The translations under genes were made by a program, and so were the position numbers. Positions 48,208 through 48,440 of a DNA stretch of 48,440 nt are shown one piece after another; the first letter of the stretch is position 1; every line of letters starts with the position of its first letter. Origin of the DNA: Octopus bimaculoides (lineage: Eukaryota); assembly GCF_001194135.2 (NCBI RefSeq), contig NC_068986.1, positions 62,213,498-62,261,937 of the forward strand, in the 5' to 3' direction. Below the pieces are notes generated by a model. It had not been told where the DNA came from, ran no database searches, and saw only the letters and a list, made by a program, of their open reading frames with translations.

Positions 48208-48440
48208 CAGTAGTTTTATTTTTATAACATGCTTTCACTTCACTACCGAGCGCAGCTCTGTGCGCCTTGGGTATGTGCTGTGGTTTGCTGTGGTGCTCTT
48301 ATGTTTACTGTATTGAAAGTGTTTTGCGTAGAATGTGTGCAGTGCCCAGTAGTGCAATTTTCTGTATGTTATATATATTTGTAAGTCCTGGTATTTTTGT
48401 TATGTATTTGTCTGAATATTTTTTTATTATACCTAAGGCA
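48208..48440 (-). mobile_element. Dong/R4-clade (RLE) retrotransposon 3' end, running off the window
   Basis: 48439-48305 translates ALGIIKKYSDKYITKIPGLTNIYNIQKIALLGTAHILRKTLSIQ-stop; the 3' UTR runs into (AAC)n(AAT)n in the element's sense. Confidence 0.82.

Overview
AT-rich, repeat-dense eukaryotic DNA with three assembly gaps (4132-4231, 24061-24912, 34922-35021). The repeat families suggest a cephalopod, probably Octopus (inference). One cellular gene is supported: a + strand CYB561D2-like cytochrome b561 with three coding exons (13918-14050, a 38-nt exon at 36541-36578, and 45844-46371), split by introns of 22.5 kb and 9.3 kb. All four heme-ligand histidines are present. The start expected from homology is an ACG in a strong initiation context, not an ATG. 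Most of the rest is transposon-derived: Tx1/L1, CR1-group, two RTE-type, Penelope-like and Dong/R4 retroelements, a two-LTR Gypsy element in intron 1 plus a rearranged Gypsy remnant, five mariner copies, hAT and Merlin-like relics, and many tRNA-type SINEs. Best leads: (1) the ACG start; (2) repeated tail-to-tail pairing of Dong/R4 3' ends with ATT-tailed SINEs at TAA microsatellites; (3) a decayed hammerhead-like motif at the Penelope end; (4) near-identical LTRs around a heavily decayed gag-pol; (5) a 40-bp direct repeat bracketing the micro-exon. All family assignments come from motif recognition by eye; no searches were run.
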